This document shows, one piece after another, positions 17,934-27,136 of a stretch of DNA of 64,000 bases. The stretch lies in NCBI GenBank assembly GCA_038064495.1, contig JBBTSZ010000002.1, positions 82,035 through 146,034 of the forward strand, read 5' to 3'. Source of the DNA: Patescibacteria group bacterium (GTDB lineage: Bacteria > Patescibacteriota > Minisyncoccia > Phycocordibacterales > Phycocordibacteraceae). How positions within the stretch are numbered: position 1 is the stretch's first letter; each line of letters starts with the position of its first letter. Below the pieces are notes generated by a model. The model was not told the origin of the DNA. It searched no databases and saw only the letters and a list, made by a program, of their open reading frames with translations. The position numbers and the translations under genes were made by a program.

Positions 17934-20216
17934 ATGTTCGGAATGTCGTCGCATCGAAAGCCGTTTTCAGTCCGTTCAAAAATCCTTCTCACCATTGGGA
18001 TTACCATTGCGATCCTTTCTGTTGTCGTCTATCTCATATCAACACGTGTGCTCCTGACGAGCTACAAGCAGATTGAAGAAGCAGGCGTAGTGCAAGATCT
18101 TGGTCGTGCACACGACACCTTTGATAACTTTGCTCAGCAGCAGCAGATTAAAGTAAATGACTGGTCACAATGGGATGATGCGTACGATTATGCACAGACG
18201 CATGATGAAGATTGGTTTGAACGCACGGCTTTCCCAGCAGGTATGGCCAATGCGGACATCAGCTACGTCATTTTTTCAGACAATACAGACCATATATACC
18301 GACTGAGAGTCATTGATATTGATGGAAGCGTTGAAATTGCTTCCACCTCAGAAAAGGAATTTTTCGTACAGAATCACGAGTTATTACATAATCCCGATTT
18401 TGAAACTGGACACACGGGGCTCGTGATTATAGATGGAAAACCAAGCATGTTTTCTTCACTTCCCATTGTTCGTGGAGATGGTACCGGTCCTATTCGAGGG
18501 TCACTGTCATTTGGTCGAGCGGTCGATGTAGAGAAAGTAAAGAATTTTGCTGAATTTATTCATCTCAATCTTACGGCCTACGTATATGATGACCCGGAGT
18601 TGCCTGCCGATGTCGTTGACGCAAAACAGCATCTCAGCACCGAACAGGATCACTATGTGCGAGCACTCACAGACCGTACGATTGTCGGGTACGTTGTATA
18701 CAAAGATATTTTCGGTAACCCGGGACTGATTCTTCGTGTAGAGGAACCACGGCCGATTTATACTCAGGGTCTAGGGACTATTTATATTTTCCTTGCAATT
18801 GCAGGGGTATCACTTTGGTTGTTTGGCATTGCAATAATCTGGTTACTTGAGCGGCTCGTCATCGCACGCTTTGTTCGACTGACACGGGATGTGGAGCATA
18901 TAAATAGAGATCAGGATCTAACCGTCCACGTTGAAGGGGGTGTCATGGATGATATCGGTACGCTCGCTGGACGCATCAACCAAATGCTCGCGTGGCTTTC
19001 GAGTGCGCAGGAGGCAGAAGCTAAATCCAAGAAAGAAATTGTGAGTCTCTTGGATACGATTAAACATGGTAAAGAAGAAGCTGAGAAAATGGTGATTCAA
19101 CGCACGCACGAACTGAGTAATGAAAAGGCTCGTCTCCTCGCTTCCATTAACAGTCTCTCCTTCGGCTTCGTCATTGCTTCCGTGGACGACACCATTATCG
19201 TTCGCAATCCAGCACTCACCGCGATTCTAGAGACTGAAATAATTCCAAAGTCCATCAGCGACATATCAGCAGCACTCAAGAATGTAGATACTATAAAAAC
19301 AACCTTTGATCCGGTTACGCTTGCGCATGATGTCGTGAAAGAAAAGCGAACAATGGAAAAAAGCGGCGTTTCATTTGGGAAGAAATTCCTCCGTTTCTTG
19401 TGTGCTCCAATTTTTGCCGACGAAGGAAGTGACACTGCGGTTTCAACAGAGGTCATTGGCTACGTGTTTATCGTTGAGGATATTACTGACTCCAAGAATA
19501 TGGAGCGGAGTCGTGAAGAGTTCTTCTCTATTGCGTCTCATGAACTGCGCACCCCGCTCACGGCCATTCGCTGGAATACCGACATGCTCCTCAATATGAA
19601 GAAGAACGCCTCCACGAAGAAAGACGAGGAAGAAATGCTTCATGATATTCACAATTCCAGTATCCGTCTGATAGATATCGTTGCCGATTTCCTTGAGGTC
19701 TCACGTCTTGAACAAGGAAAAGTACGAGTGGACAAGAAACTCTTTGATGTGGGCGCGCTCGTGGAGAAGACCGTGCACTCCATGCAGGAGATGGCTGACA
19801 AACGCGCACTCACACTTACCTACGAGCAACCAAAAGCTGGAGAATCAACGGAAGTCTATGCCGATGTAAACAATACGGAGCAGGTACTTGAGAATCTGCT
19901 TGGCAACGCACTTAAATTTACCCAGAAGGGAACGATTACGATTCGCACTGAACACAATGGACCCTTCCTCAAGGTTTCGGTAACGGATACCGGTGCCGGT
20001 ATTTCTGAACACAACCAAACGAGGCTCTTTAAGAAATTCCAGCAGGCAGGAGAGGATATGCTTGCGCGTGATGTGAACCAAAGTACCGGTCTCGGGCTCT
20101 ATATCTCAAAACTGCTCGTGACAGCCATGGGAGGAACGATTGGCCTTGAAAAGAGCGTGCTCGGGAAGGGCAGCACCTTTGCTTTCATGCTTCCAACCGA
20201 GGCCCCAAAAGCGTAA
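17934..20216 (+). CDS. sensor histidine kinase (extracytoplasmic sensor domain, HAMP, PAS, HisKA, HATPase)
   Basis: two TM segments flanking about 250-aa domain; H-box FFSIASHELRTPLTAI; G-box GTGLGLYISK. Confidence 0.85.
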   Translation: MFGMSSHRKPFSVRSKILLTIGITIAILSVVVYLISTRVLLTSYKQIEEAGVVQDLGRAHDTFDNFAQQQQIKVNDWSQWDDAYDYAQTHDEDWFERTAFPAGMANADISYVIFSDNTDHIYRLRVIDIDGSVEIASTSEKEFFVQNHELLHNPDFETGHTGLVIIDGKPSMFSSLPIVRGDGTGPIRGSLSFGRAVDVEKVKNFAEFIHLNLTAYVYDDPELPADVVDAKQHLSTEQDHYVRALTDRTIVGYVVYKDIFGNPGLILRVEEPRPIYTQGLGTIYIFLAIAGVSLWLFGIAIIWLLERLVIARFVRLTRDVEHINRDQDLTVHVEGGVMDDIGTLAGRINQMLAWLSSAQEAEAKSKKEIVSLLDTIKHGKEEAEKMVIQRTHELSNEKARLLASINSLSFGFVIASVDDTIIVRNPALTAILETEIIPKSISDISAALKNVDTIKTTFDPVTLAHDVVKEKRTMEKSGVSFGKKFLRFLCAPIFADEGSDTAVSTEVIGYVFIVEDITDSKNMERSREEFFSIASHELRTPLTAIRWNTDMLLNMKKNASTKKDEEEMLHDIHNSSIRLIDIVADFLEVSRLEQGKVRVDKKLFDVGALVEKTVHSMQEMADKRALTLTYEQPKAGESTEVYADVNNTEQVLENLLGNALKFTQKGTITIRTEHNGPFLKVSVTDTGAGISEHNQTRLFKKFQQAGEDMLARDVNQSTGLGLYISKLLVTAMGGTIGLEKSVLGKGSTFAFMLPTEAPKA

Positions 20217-20266
20217 TCCACGGGACTTAGACGACGACTAGGTGGTAGGCTATACTACGTACACGT

Positions 20267-20662
20267 ATGAAAACATTTCTTGCCGTCGAAGACGATGAAC
20301 TAATCCGCCACCTCTATGAACGTTCCTTCCGTGTTGCAGGACACGAGATTGAAGTAGCAAATGATGGAGAAGAGGCCTTAGACAAACTTTCTAAAATGGA
20401 GGTGAAACCCGCAGTTATTCTCCTGGATATCATGATGCCGAAAATGAACGGCTTTGATGTATTGCAAGCAATAAAAGCAGATGAGAAGTTGAAAAATATC
20501 CCGGTCATCATGCTCACGAATTTGGGAAGTGAAGAAGACCGACAGAAAGGCCTTGCGCTTGGTGCACTGGATTATCTCGTGAAGAGTGATTACAACCCCG
20601 GACAGGTAGTAGAGAAAGTCATTGAACTCACTGAGAAAGGCGCACCACCTGCGGCGGCCTGA
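20267..20662 (+). CDS. single-domain response regulator (CheY-like receiver)
   Basis: DD..D57-like LLDIMMP, T, K motifs; no output domain. Confidence 0.8.
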   Translation: MKTFLAVEDDELIRHLYERSFRVAGHEIEVANDGEEALDKLSKMEVKPAVILLDIMMPKMNGFDVLQAIKADEKLKNIPVIMLTNLGSEEDRQKGLALGALDYLVKSDYNPGQVVEKVIELTEKGAPPAAA

Positions 20663-20674
20663 GTAGGGAATACT

Positions 20675-20704
20675 AAAGCCCGGCGCGCATGCGCCGGGCT
20701 TTTC
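20675..20704. terminator. bidirectional terminator hairpin
   Basis: AAAGCCCGGCGC-GCAT-GCGCCGGGCTTT. Confidence 0.6.
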
Positions 20705-20707
20705 ACT

Positions 20708-21100
20708 TCATGATGGTGTGTATGAAAGAACCCGTATAACCCGAAGACCTTTTCCGTTTGGATTTTCTTGAACCTTGGCTTGTACCTTCCAGCCCAGGTC
20801 AATCATGCTCCTTCCCGTGTGCTTACAGAAGAGCTTGTAATTCATTAGGACCTTCTCTCCTTGACTCGACTCGAGAAAGAGAATGCCTTTCCCCACGAAG
20901 AAATTTGTCACGGTGAGGTCCAGAATACGTACTTCAGTAGTATGAACGGGTGCTGCTGGTTCTGGTTTTCTCTCTTCCGTAACCAGCTGCTTGGAAGCCT
21001 TAAATTCAAAGTCCGGAACGATGCCTTGTGCACGTCCCGACACTTTCTGTGCATATTTCGAAACGCGCGGACCGTTCTCAGTACCTACGTGATTTCCCAT
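20708..21100 (-). CDS. hypothetical protein (SD-led; possible PilZ-like beta-barrel, weak)
   Basis: 130 aa; perfect AGGAGG 5 nt upstream of ATG at 21100. Confidence 0.4.
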   Translation of the reverse strand: MGNHVGTENGPRVSKYAQKVSGRAQGIVPDFEFKASKQLVTEERKPEPAAPVHTTEVRILDLTVTNFFVGKGILFLESSQGEKVLMNYKLFCKHTGRSMIDLGWKVQAKVQENPNGKGLRVIRVLSYTPS

Positions 21101-21343
21101 GTGCTCCTCCTTTCTATATCCAGTCTCTTTCTAGCGTTCTACGCCTCTTACGTCAACGGCATTTCCTACATACCAACACCACCCAGAGGATAGCGATCGT
21201 CGGAGACGGCGTGAACGAGGCCCTCTCAAGCAGTATCGGCGCTGGCTGGATTGCTGGATTCGTCTTCGGTTGGATATACAACAAGAAGGTTGCATGGTTC
21301 GAACGCTACTCGCGAAAGGCATACGAATTGACTTCGTCGGTGC

Positions 21344-21730
21344 GTGTTAGATAATAGTTCTATGTCAACACGAATTCTCACTCGTCTCCTCCTCCTTACG
21401 TTCGCGACAGTGACGCTTTTCGGCCTTACATTCACTGCCTCCAGTCCTGCACACCACGACAGTCATTGTCCGCTCATGGGCTCTGAGATGTCTCTCTGTG
21501 CGACAGCACTGGACCATATAGAGCATTGGCAGATTGCGTTTGCCGCAGCGCTACCCGTAATAGTCGTATTTACCGCGCTCTTGCTGGTTACCGTACTGCT
21601 CTATTTCCCATTCCTTCCTCGCGGTAACAGAGTACGGCTCAAATGGAAGTCAGAGATACGATTGGAAAATCACCCCACACTCTACCAAGAGCTCTTCGCG
21701 CAAGGACTGCTAAATCCGAGGATTCCATAA
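21344..21730 (+). CDS. membrane protein with HHDSHCPLMG metal-binding-like motif
   Basis: 2-3 TM helices; His/Cys/Met cluster after first TM. Confidence 0.45.
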   Translation: MLDNSSMSTRILTRLLLLTFATVTLFGLTFTASSPAHHDSHCPLMGSEMSLCATALDHIEHWQIAFAAALPVIVVFTALLLVTVLLYFPFLPRGNRVRLKWKSEIRLENHPTLYQELFAQGLLNPRIP

Positions 21731-21766
21731 CGTACTAACTTCGCCTATTTAACTAACTACAAAACT

Positions 21767-22150
21767 ATGGAAACAAAAACAATCGCAACTATAGCCGTTG
21801 CTCTCATTATCGGGCTGGGTGGCGGATACATACTTGCCGGGAATAGGTCTCCGGACACGGATGAGCACATGATGAGCAACGGCATGATGATGCATAACGA
21901 TTCAATGGGAATGGGTGGGGCTATGGATGAGATGATGCAGGGACTTTCGGGGAAGACTGGCGACGCGTTCGATAAGGCGTTCCTTTCGGAAATGATTATG
22001 CATCATGAAGGAGCGGTGGTTATGGCAGAAGCCGCTCTACAAAACGCCAAACACGAGGAGATAAAGACTATGGCGAACGCTATCATCTCAGCGCAAACTA
22101 TAGAGATACAGCAAATGAAGGATTGGCAGAAGTCCTGGTACGGAAATTAG
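21767..22150 (+). CDS. DUF305 family protein with Met-rich segment (putative copper-binding)
   Basis: FDKAFLSEMIMHHEGAVVMAEA (DUF305 signature by recall); MMSNGMMMHNDSMGMGGAMDEMM Met-rich tract; N-terminal TM. Confidence 0.55.
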   Translation: METKTIATIAVALIIGLGGGYILAGNRSPDTDEHMMSNGMMMHNDSMGMGGAMDEMMQGLSGKTGDAFDKAFLSEMIMHHEGAVVMAEAALQNAKHEEIKTMANAIISAQTIEIQQMKDWQKSWYGN

Positions 22151-22167
22151 AGCGCTCCTTGCAATAG

Positions 22168-22196
22168 AAAAAACCGCCACGCAGGCGGTTTTTTCT
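22168..22196. terminator. bidirectional terminator (DUF305 gene / tmRNA 3-prime end)
   Basis: AAAAAACCGCC-ACGCA-GGCGGTTTTTT. Confidence 0.6.
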
Positions 22197-22209
22197 ATTG
22201 TTCTCTATC

Positions 22210-22618
22210 GGTGGAGGTGCGGGGGATTGAACCCCGGTCCGAATCTCTCTTTGAGAACGAGTCTACGACGCATAGTTAGCATTGAAGTTTCAGCAGAAGC
22301 ATAAGAACGCTAACAAAAACGCTTCTACCTAGTCCTTAGTTTTCAGTCGTTCGTGTAGGAGCACGAGAACCTATTCCGTAGAATATTCCGCCCAGCTCAT
22401 CCGCTACGAAAACCGGAGTGAGTGAACGTCGCTTTGGCGAAAGCGCGGGGCTTTTACGCGAAAGCGAACGCAAAGTCCTTGCTACCGAAGTATGGGGACT
22501 TTACGCTTGCAACAGTTGTGTTGGCAAGTTTAGGTGTATGCCAGATTTAGGTGGTGAGCATACTTCCACCGCGTCGCACGTTTCTCAAAGAACGAGACCG
22601 TCAAAGCCAGTCACCCCC
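22210..22618 (-). ncRNA. ssrA: tmRNA (SsrA)
   Basis: 5-prime GGGGGTGACTGGCTTTGACGG resembles canonical GGGGCUGAUUCUGGAUUCGACGG; 3-prime T-arm GGGGTTCAATCCCCC + acceptor CACCTCC-A-CC; 7-bp acceptor with G3:U70 alanine determinant; candidate tag ORF GSKDFAFAFA-stop (about 22454..22486). Confidence 0.85.
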
Positions 22619-22717
22619 AGTCCCGACTCTATCAGGAGATGGAGTCGGGACGGGGAACGGCTCGCAGAATGAATATCTGAAAGTGTGGGCAACCGAAGTT
22701 GCCCGAGTGGTTGAAGA

Positions 22718-22942
22718 TTAACGGAAAAGCTTGTCGAGTGGAATAGGATCGCCATCATCGGAAGCTTCTTCGTCAGCGAAACGTGCTTCATCATCGTCGA
22801 GCCCGTTATCGGCAGGATCATCATCAAGATCCCGAGATTCAAGTCCGTGTTGACGGACTATCCGCTCCCGTACGCTTACCTGGTCTTCGTCAACGATACG
22901 CAACTCCTCGTTCACTGGCTGACTGTGCTGGTTTCGTCTCAT
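22718..22942 (-). CDS. small highly acidic hypothetical protein between smpB and ssrA
   Basis: 74 aa, D/E-rich; AAGGAG upstream; same strand as smpB. Confidence 0.35.
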   Translation of the reverse strand: MRRNQHSQPVNEELRIVDEDQVSVRERIVRQHGLESRDLDDDPADNGLDDDEARFADEEASDDGDPIPLDKLFR

Positions 22943-22984
22943 TCCTGTTCTCCTTCGTTACCACTTTCAGATATTCATTCTCAA

Positions 22985-23437
22985 TTAACGTTTCTGTTTT
23001 AGCGCACGGTCTATCTCCCGCTTGGCATCTTTCAACTTCAAGTCTTCTCGCTTGTCAGCCTTATTCTTACCTTGCACGATAGCAATACGCGCCTTCAGAT
23101 ATCTCCCAGCATTATACAACTCAAGTGGCACTACAGTCAAGCCCTTCTTAGATTCTGCATCAGCAAGCTGGGCAATTTCTTTTTTATTCAACAAAAGACG
23201 CCGGGTTTTTTCGGGATCATATCCCTTCTCCGTATTTGCCATTTGGTAGGGGGGAATGGTGGCACCGACGAGATAGGCCTCGCCAGCGCGAACCACCACA
23301 CGAGCACCCTCAAGACTCCCAAGTTTTGCTCGGAGTGCCTTTACCTCACCACCAGAAAGCTCAAGGCCAGCAGAAAAGGTTTCCAGTATGGAAAAGCGCA
23401 GCGTCACTTTTTTGTTTTCAATCAATGTCGCAGACAT
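22985..23437 (-). CDS. smpB: SsrA-binding protein SmpB
   Basis: 150 aa; NKKA..Y.ILE..EAGL.L.G.EVKS-like N-term and basic C-tail. Confidence 0.9.
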   Translation of the reverse strand: MSATLIENKKVTLRFSILETFSAGLELSGGEVKALRAKLGSLEGARVVVRAGEAYLVGATIPPYQMANTEKGYDPEKTRRLLLNKKEIAQLADAESKKGLTVVPLELYNAGRYLKARIAIVQGKNKADKREDLKLKDAKREIDRALKQKR

Positions 23438-23506
23438 ATAAAAAGACTAGCAAAGTTTTGCATATTTAGCGCATCAGAACGATATATTGTATAGTCTGAA
23501 CACACT

Positions 23507-25477
23507 ATGGCTCACAATACGACACCACCAAAGAAGGAGCAGAAGACGCCCGTAAAAGGCCCACAGAAGGGAAAACAGGCGAATAAAAGTAAGGGCCTCA
23601 TGCCAGGAGGTCCGGGCTTTATGGGCAATCTCTTGTCCACCATTCTCATGCTTCTCTTGGTAATTAGTCTGTATTCACTCATTACGACTGCGAGCGAAAA
23701 TAAGACGACGATACCACTTTCGCAGATAGCGCAGGACGTCAAAGCAGGAACCATTTCCACCATTACAATTTCCGGAAACGAACTCACGCTTACGTACACG
23801 GACGGTGCAAAGAAAACATCCGTGAAAGATGCGGCAACCGGACTACCAGAAACACTCGCGACCTACGGCGTGACCCCCGAACAGTTAAGCTTCGTAGCCA
23901 TCTCCATAGAAGGAGAGACCGGATTTAAATTCTGGTTCCTTTCACTTGCTCCAATCATTCTTCCGATTATCTTCCTCGCGTTTTTGTTCTGGTTCCTCAC
24001 CCGCCAGGTGCGTGGTGCTGGTATGCAGGCCTTTACCTTTGGCCAGTCCAAAGCACGAATGACGGACCCTGCAGACACTTCACAGCGCGTTACCTTCGGG
24101 GATGTTGCTGGAGCAAAGGAAGCAAAGGAAGAGCTCATGGAGATTGTGGACTTCCTTAAAAATCCGAAGAAGTTTTTGGATATCGGTGCACGCATTCCGA
24201 AGGGCATTCTGCTGATGGGCGCGCCCGGAACGGGAAAGACACTCCTCGCACGTGCGGTTGCAGGAGAGGCAGGCGTTCCGTTCTTCTCTATTAGTGGCTC
24301 CGAGTTTGTGGAAATGTTTGTGGGCGTGGGTGCATCACGTGTACGTGACCTTTTCCAACTCGCGAAGCGTTCCGCTCCGGCCATCATCTTTGTGGACGAG
24401 ATTGACGCGGTGGGACGCGTGCGTGGTACGGGTGTGGGTGGTGGAAATGATGAACGTGAGCAAACGTTGAACCAAATTCTCGTTGAGATGGATGGGTTTG
24501 ACCCAACCGAAAAAGTGATTGTGATGGCAGCAACAAACCGTCCTGACGTGCTTGACCCAGCACTTCTTCGTCCTGGTCGTTTTGACCGCCGCGTGACGAT
24601 TGACCTGCCGGACCGTAAAGACCGTCTTGAGATTCTTGCCGTACATGCTCGTAAGAAGCCGTTTGGACCTGACGTAGACCTTGAGGTGATTGCAGAGCGC
24701 ACCCCAGGATTTTCCGGCGCTGAACTCTACTCACTTATGAACGAAGGAGCGATTCTTGCTGCTCGTGAAAACCGAAAGGAAATTACCCAGTACGACCTCA
24801 TCCGCTCTATTGAGAAAGTGATGCTTGGACCGGAACGTAAGAGTCACCTGTTCTCAAAGAAAGAGAAAGAACTCACCGCGTATCACGAAGGTGGCCACGC
24901 ACTCGTCTCATCCATTCTTCCGGATGCTGACCCCGTGCATAAGATTTCTATCATCAGCCGCGGACGCGCTGGTGGTTATACGCTCAAGCTCCCGTTTGAG
25001 GATAAAAAAATGCACACAAGGAAGTCATTCCTTGATGACATCGCAGCTACGCTCGGTGGTTACGTTGCGGAGGAAATGGTGTATGGCGACATCACCACTG
25101 GTCCAAGTAATGACCTTGCGGTCGTCACCGCACTCGCTCAAGACATGGTGGCTCGTTACGGTATGTCAGACGTGATTGGTCCCGTCGCGTTTTCTGCCGA
25201 CCGTGGACTTGGTCACGAGGCCTATTCTCCAGCCATTGCAGGAAAGATTGATACAGAAGTGACGCGCATCATCGAAGAGGCACGAGTACGAGCCCGTGAA
25301 GTGCTTGAAAAGCATCGCGGTGCCCTTAACGCCATTGCAAAGAAACTCGTAGAAGTGGAGACGCTCGAGCGCGAAGAATTTGAGAAACTCTTGATTGCAA
25401 ACGGCATCACGCCGAAATCAAAAGAAGTGGAAGGAGTTGATATCGTAAACAACCTCATCCCACCTACAGAGGGATAG
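23507..25477 (+). CDS. ftsH: ATP-dependent zinc metalloprotease FtsH
   Basis: two TM, AAA Walker [19 protein letters not shown] zinc site. Confidence 0.95.
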   Translation: MAHNTTPPKKEQKTPVKGPQKGKQANKSKGLMPGGPGFMGNLLSTILMLLLVISLYSLITTASENKTTIPLSQIAQDVKAGTISTITISGNELTLTYTDGAKKTSVKDAATGLPETLATYGVTPEQLSFVAISIEGETGFKFWFLSLAPIILPIIFLAFLFWFLTRQVRGAGMQAFTFGQSKARMTDPADTSQRVTFGDVAGAKEAKEELMEIVDFLKNPKKFLDIGARIPKGILLMGAPGTGKTLLARAVAGEAGVPFFSISGSEFVEMFVGVGASRVRDLFQLAKRSAPAIIFVDEIDAVGRVRGTGVGGGNDEREQTLNQILVEMDGFDPTEKVIVMAATNRPDVLDPALLRPGRFDRRVTIDLPDRKDRLEILAVHARKKPFGPDVDLEVIAERTPGFSGAELYSLMNEGAILAARENRKEITQYDLIRSIEKVMLGPERKSHLFSKKEKELTAYHEGGHALVSSILPDADPVHKISIISRGRAGGYTLKLPFEDKKMHTRKSFLDDIAATLGGYVAEEMVYGDITTGPSNDLAVVTALAQDMVARYGMSDVIGPVAFSADRGLGHEAYSPAIAGKIDTEVTRIIEEARVRAREVLEKHRGALNAIAKKLVEVETLEREEFEKLLIANGITPKSKEVEGVDIVNNLIPPTEG

Positions 25478-25499
25478 TTCCAAAATCTTGAGTGCTAGA

Positions 25500-25531
25500 G
25501 CACGCGCCAGGAGAAATCCTGGCGCGTGCTC
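25500..25531 (+). terminator. terminator after ftsH
   Basis: AGCACGCGCCAGG-AGAAAT-CCTGGCGCGTGCT 13-bp stem. Confidence 0.55.
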
Positions 25532-25560
25532 GTTAGGATAAAAAAGTGTAAATTGTGAGG

Positions 25561-25637
25561 GCATCCATAGCTCAGTTGGTTAGAGCACGGAGCTTATACC
25601 TCCGCGGTCCCTGGTTCGAGTCCAGGTGGATGCACCA
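25561..25637 (+). tRNA. tRNA-Ile (anticodon UAU)
   Basis: cloverleaf by hand: acceptor GCATCCA/TGGATGC, D-arm TAGCTCAGTTGGTTAGAGC, anticodon stem CGGAG/CTCCG loop CTTATAC, T-arm CCTGG-TTCGAGT-CCAGG, CCA encoded. Confidence 0.8.
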
Positions 25638-25670
25638 ATACAAAAATCCCGACGCCGAAGCGCCGGGACG

Positions 25671-26144
25671 TTATGAAAACCTCTGCGTGATATTTCTAAT
25701 GTCTTGAACGAGACGTGCAAAAACTGGTTCAGGGATTTCTCCCAGTTCACTTGCATATGCACGCGCCTGGGCATGCATATGTTTCGTCTCAGCTTCCCGT
25801 TCGGGAGGTACGACGCAGCGTGGGTCCTGTAGGAATCTATCGGCAAGATCCGATACCCATGTTGCCGTACCCTTCTCCGGTACGGGGAACTCCTTTCGAT
25901 ACGTATACGCCAGTGACACTGTTCCAATGAATTGAGCACCGACATACGAACTAACATCATACGGATGACGCATAAGTTCTACAGCAGTGGAAGGACACCA
26001 AACAGCAACACTTAGGTTTGTGAACAATTCATTGCCCTTACTGGCTACACTTACCGTCAATGCTTGAACTGAAGAATTGTATCCAACACCATGTTCGAAT
26101 AATTCTTCACGGTCTCGGAAGAAATCAGGACCTATGCCTAGCAT
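25671..26144 (-). CDS. hypothetical protein (SD-led)
   Basis: 157 aa; AGGAGG 6 nt upstream of ATG at 26144; no confident family. Confidence 0.4.
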   Translation of the reverse strand: MLGIGPDFFRDREELFEHGVGYNSSVQALTVSVASKGNELFTNLSVAVWCPSTAVELMRHPYDVSSYVGAQFIGTVSLAYTYRKEFPVPEKGTATWVSDLADRFLQDPRCVVPPEREAETKHMHAQARAYASELGEIPEPVFARLVQDIRNITQRFS

Positions 26145-26233
26145 CTGAACCTCCTTATGGTTGCTTCTGGCCGGACTGTAGCACGCTCACGAAGTAAAAG
26201 AAAACGGACGGCCCTAGGGCCGCCCGCGTCGCT

Positions 26234-27091
26234 TCAATTGGTGAGATTGACTGCTTCCTCAAGTACTCTGGTAAAAATACCTGCATCGGATTCACCGTAC
26301 GCCGTGCCAATCTGTACGCCACATGCGCCAGCTTTGTGCATGGCAGCGAGTCGGTACCCAGAATCAATACCACCTACGCCTGTAACTTTGATACCGGTAC
26401 TCGCAAGCGCATCAACGAACTGAGAGACTTGACCAAGTGCGATGTGATGAAGCGCATTTCCGCCCACGCCCCCGTATCCGTGCGGCGTATCAATAGTGCC
26501 AACACCATTTGGAAATGTATTTGAAGTCACGATTGCATGGGGGTTGTAGCGCTTTATGACTTCAGCTACCTCTTTAAGGAAGTTGGGATCACTATAGGGC
26601 GATACCTTTAGCGTAATCGTTGTTCCTCGAACGACCGAATCCATGACATACCTTAAAATTGCCTCCATGGTTTGAATCTTGAAACCTGCAATAGGTTTTT
26701 GCTCTCCATCACCCCAGACGTTTGGACAGCCGAGATTCACTTCAACGTCTCCAAACGGCGAGAGCGCATGGGCGAGGGCTGCGTAGTGGGGTGGAATTTG
26801 TCCTGCGATAGACCAACTAATCCGCTTACCCAGAGCTCCAGCGCGTCGTCCCATTTCTTGGGCGTGGGTCAGTATTTCATCTAACCCTGGATTTGGAAGA
26901 CCGAGCGCATTGATACTCGTTCCGTCGGGATACCTTTCGTAGGTTGTTCCAGGATTACCCTCTCCCCGGTGTCTCGTGATTGAACCAATAACAATATGTG
27001 TTGCAGCTGAGCGAAGCATATCGTCAAAGAGCTTGCCGGGCCCCTTAATGAACCCGGCAGCGTTGCCAATTGAAAAGGAACTCAAATCCAT
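26234..27091 (-). CDS. pyrD: dihydroorotate dehydrogenase-like FMN oxidoreductase (DHOD/DHPD family, class 1-like)
   Basis: SFSIGNAAGF, NALGLPNPG, VNLGCPN, GGVGG, IGTA motifs of DHOD TIM barrel; SD AGGAGG upstream. Confidence 0.6.
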   Translation of the reverse strand: MDLSSFSIGNAAGFIKGPGKLFDDMLRSAATHIVIGSITRHRGEGNPGTTYERYPDGTSINALGLPNPGLDEILTHAQEMGRRAGALGKRISWSIAGQIPPHYAALAHALSPFGDVEVNLGCPNVWGDGEQKPIAGFKIQTMEAILRYVMDSVVRGTTITLKVSPYSDPNFLKEVAEVIKRYNPHAIVTSNTFPNGVGTIDTPHGYGGVGGNALHHIALGQVSQFVDALASTGIKVTGVGGIDSGYRLAAMHKAGACGVQIGTAYGESDAGIFTRVLEEAVNLTN

Positions 27092-27136
27092 CTTTTCCTC
27101 CTTTGGATTCTAATCTTGGCGCACTCTATCAGCCTT

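Noticed and set aside
22418-22672. 84-aa plus-strand ORF MSERRFGESAGLL...
   Set aside because: Lies entirely over the minus-strand tmRNA gene, which has strong structural support; no start context.
22620-22717. Possible promoter for ssrA with TAGAGT -10-like box
   Set aside because: No convincing -35 element; region dominated by inverted repeats that may instead be a terminator for the upstream acidic-protein/smpB transcript. Left unannotated.
25671-26144. Considered HD-domain or MazG-like NTP pyrophosphatase assignment for the 157-aa protein
   Set aside because: Could not identify the H..HD..D or EExxE motifs convincingly by eye; left as hypothetical.
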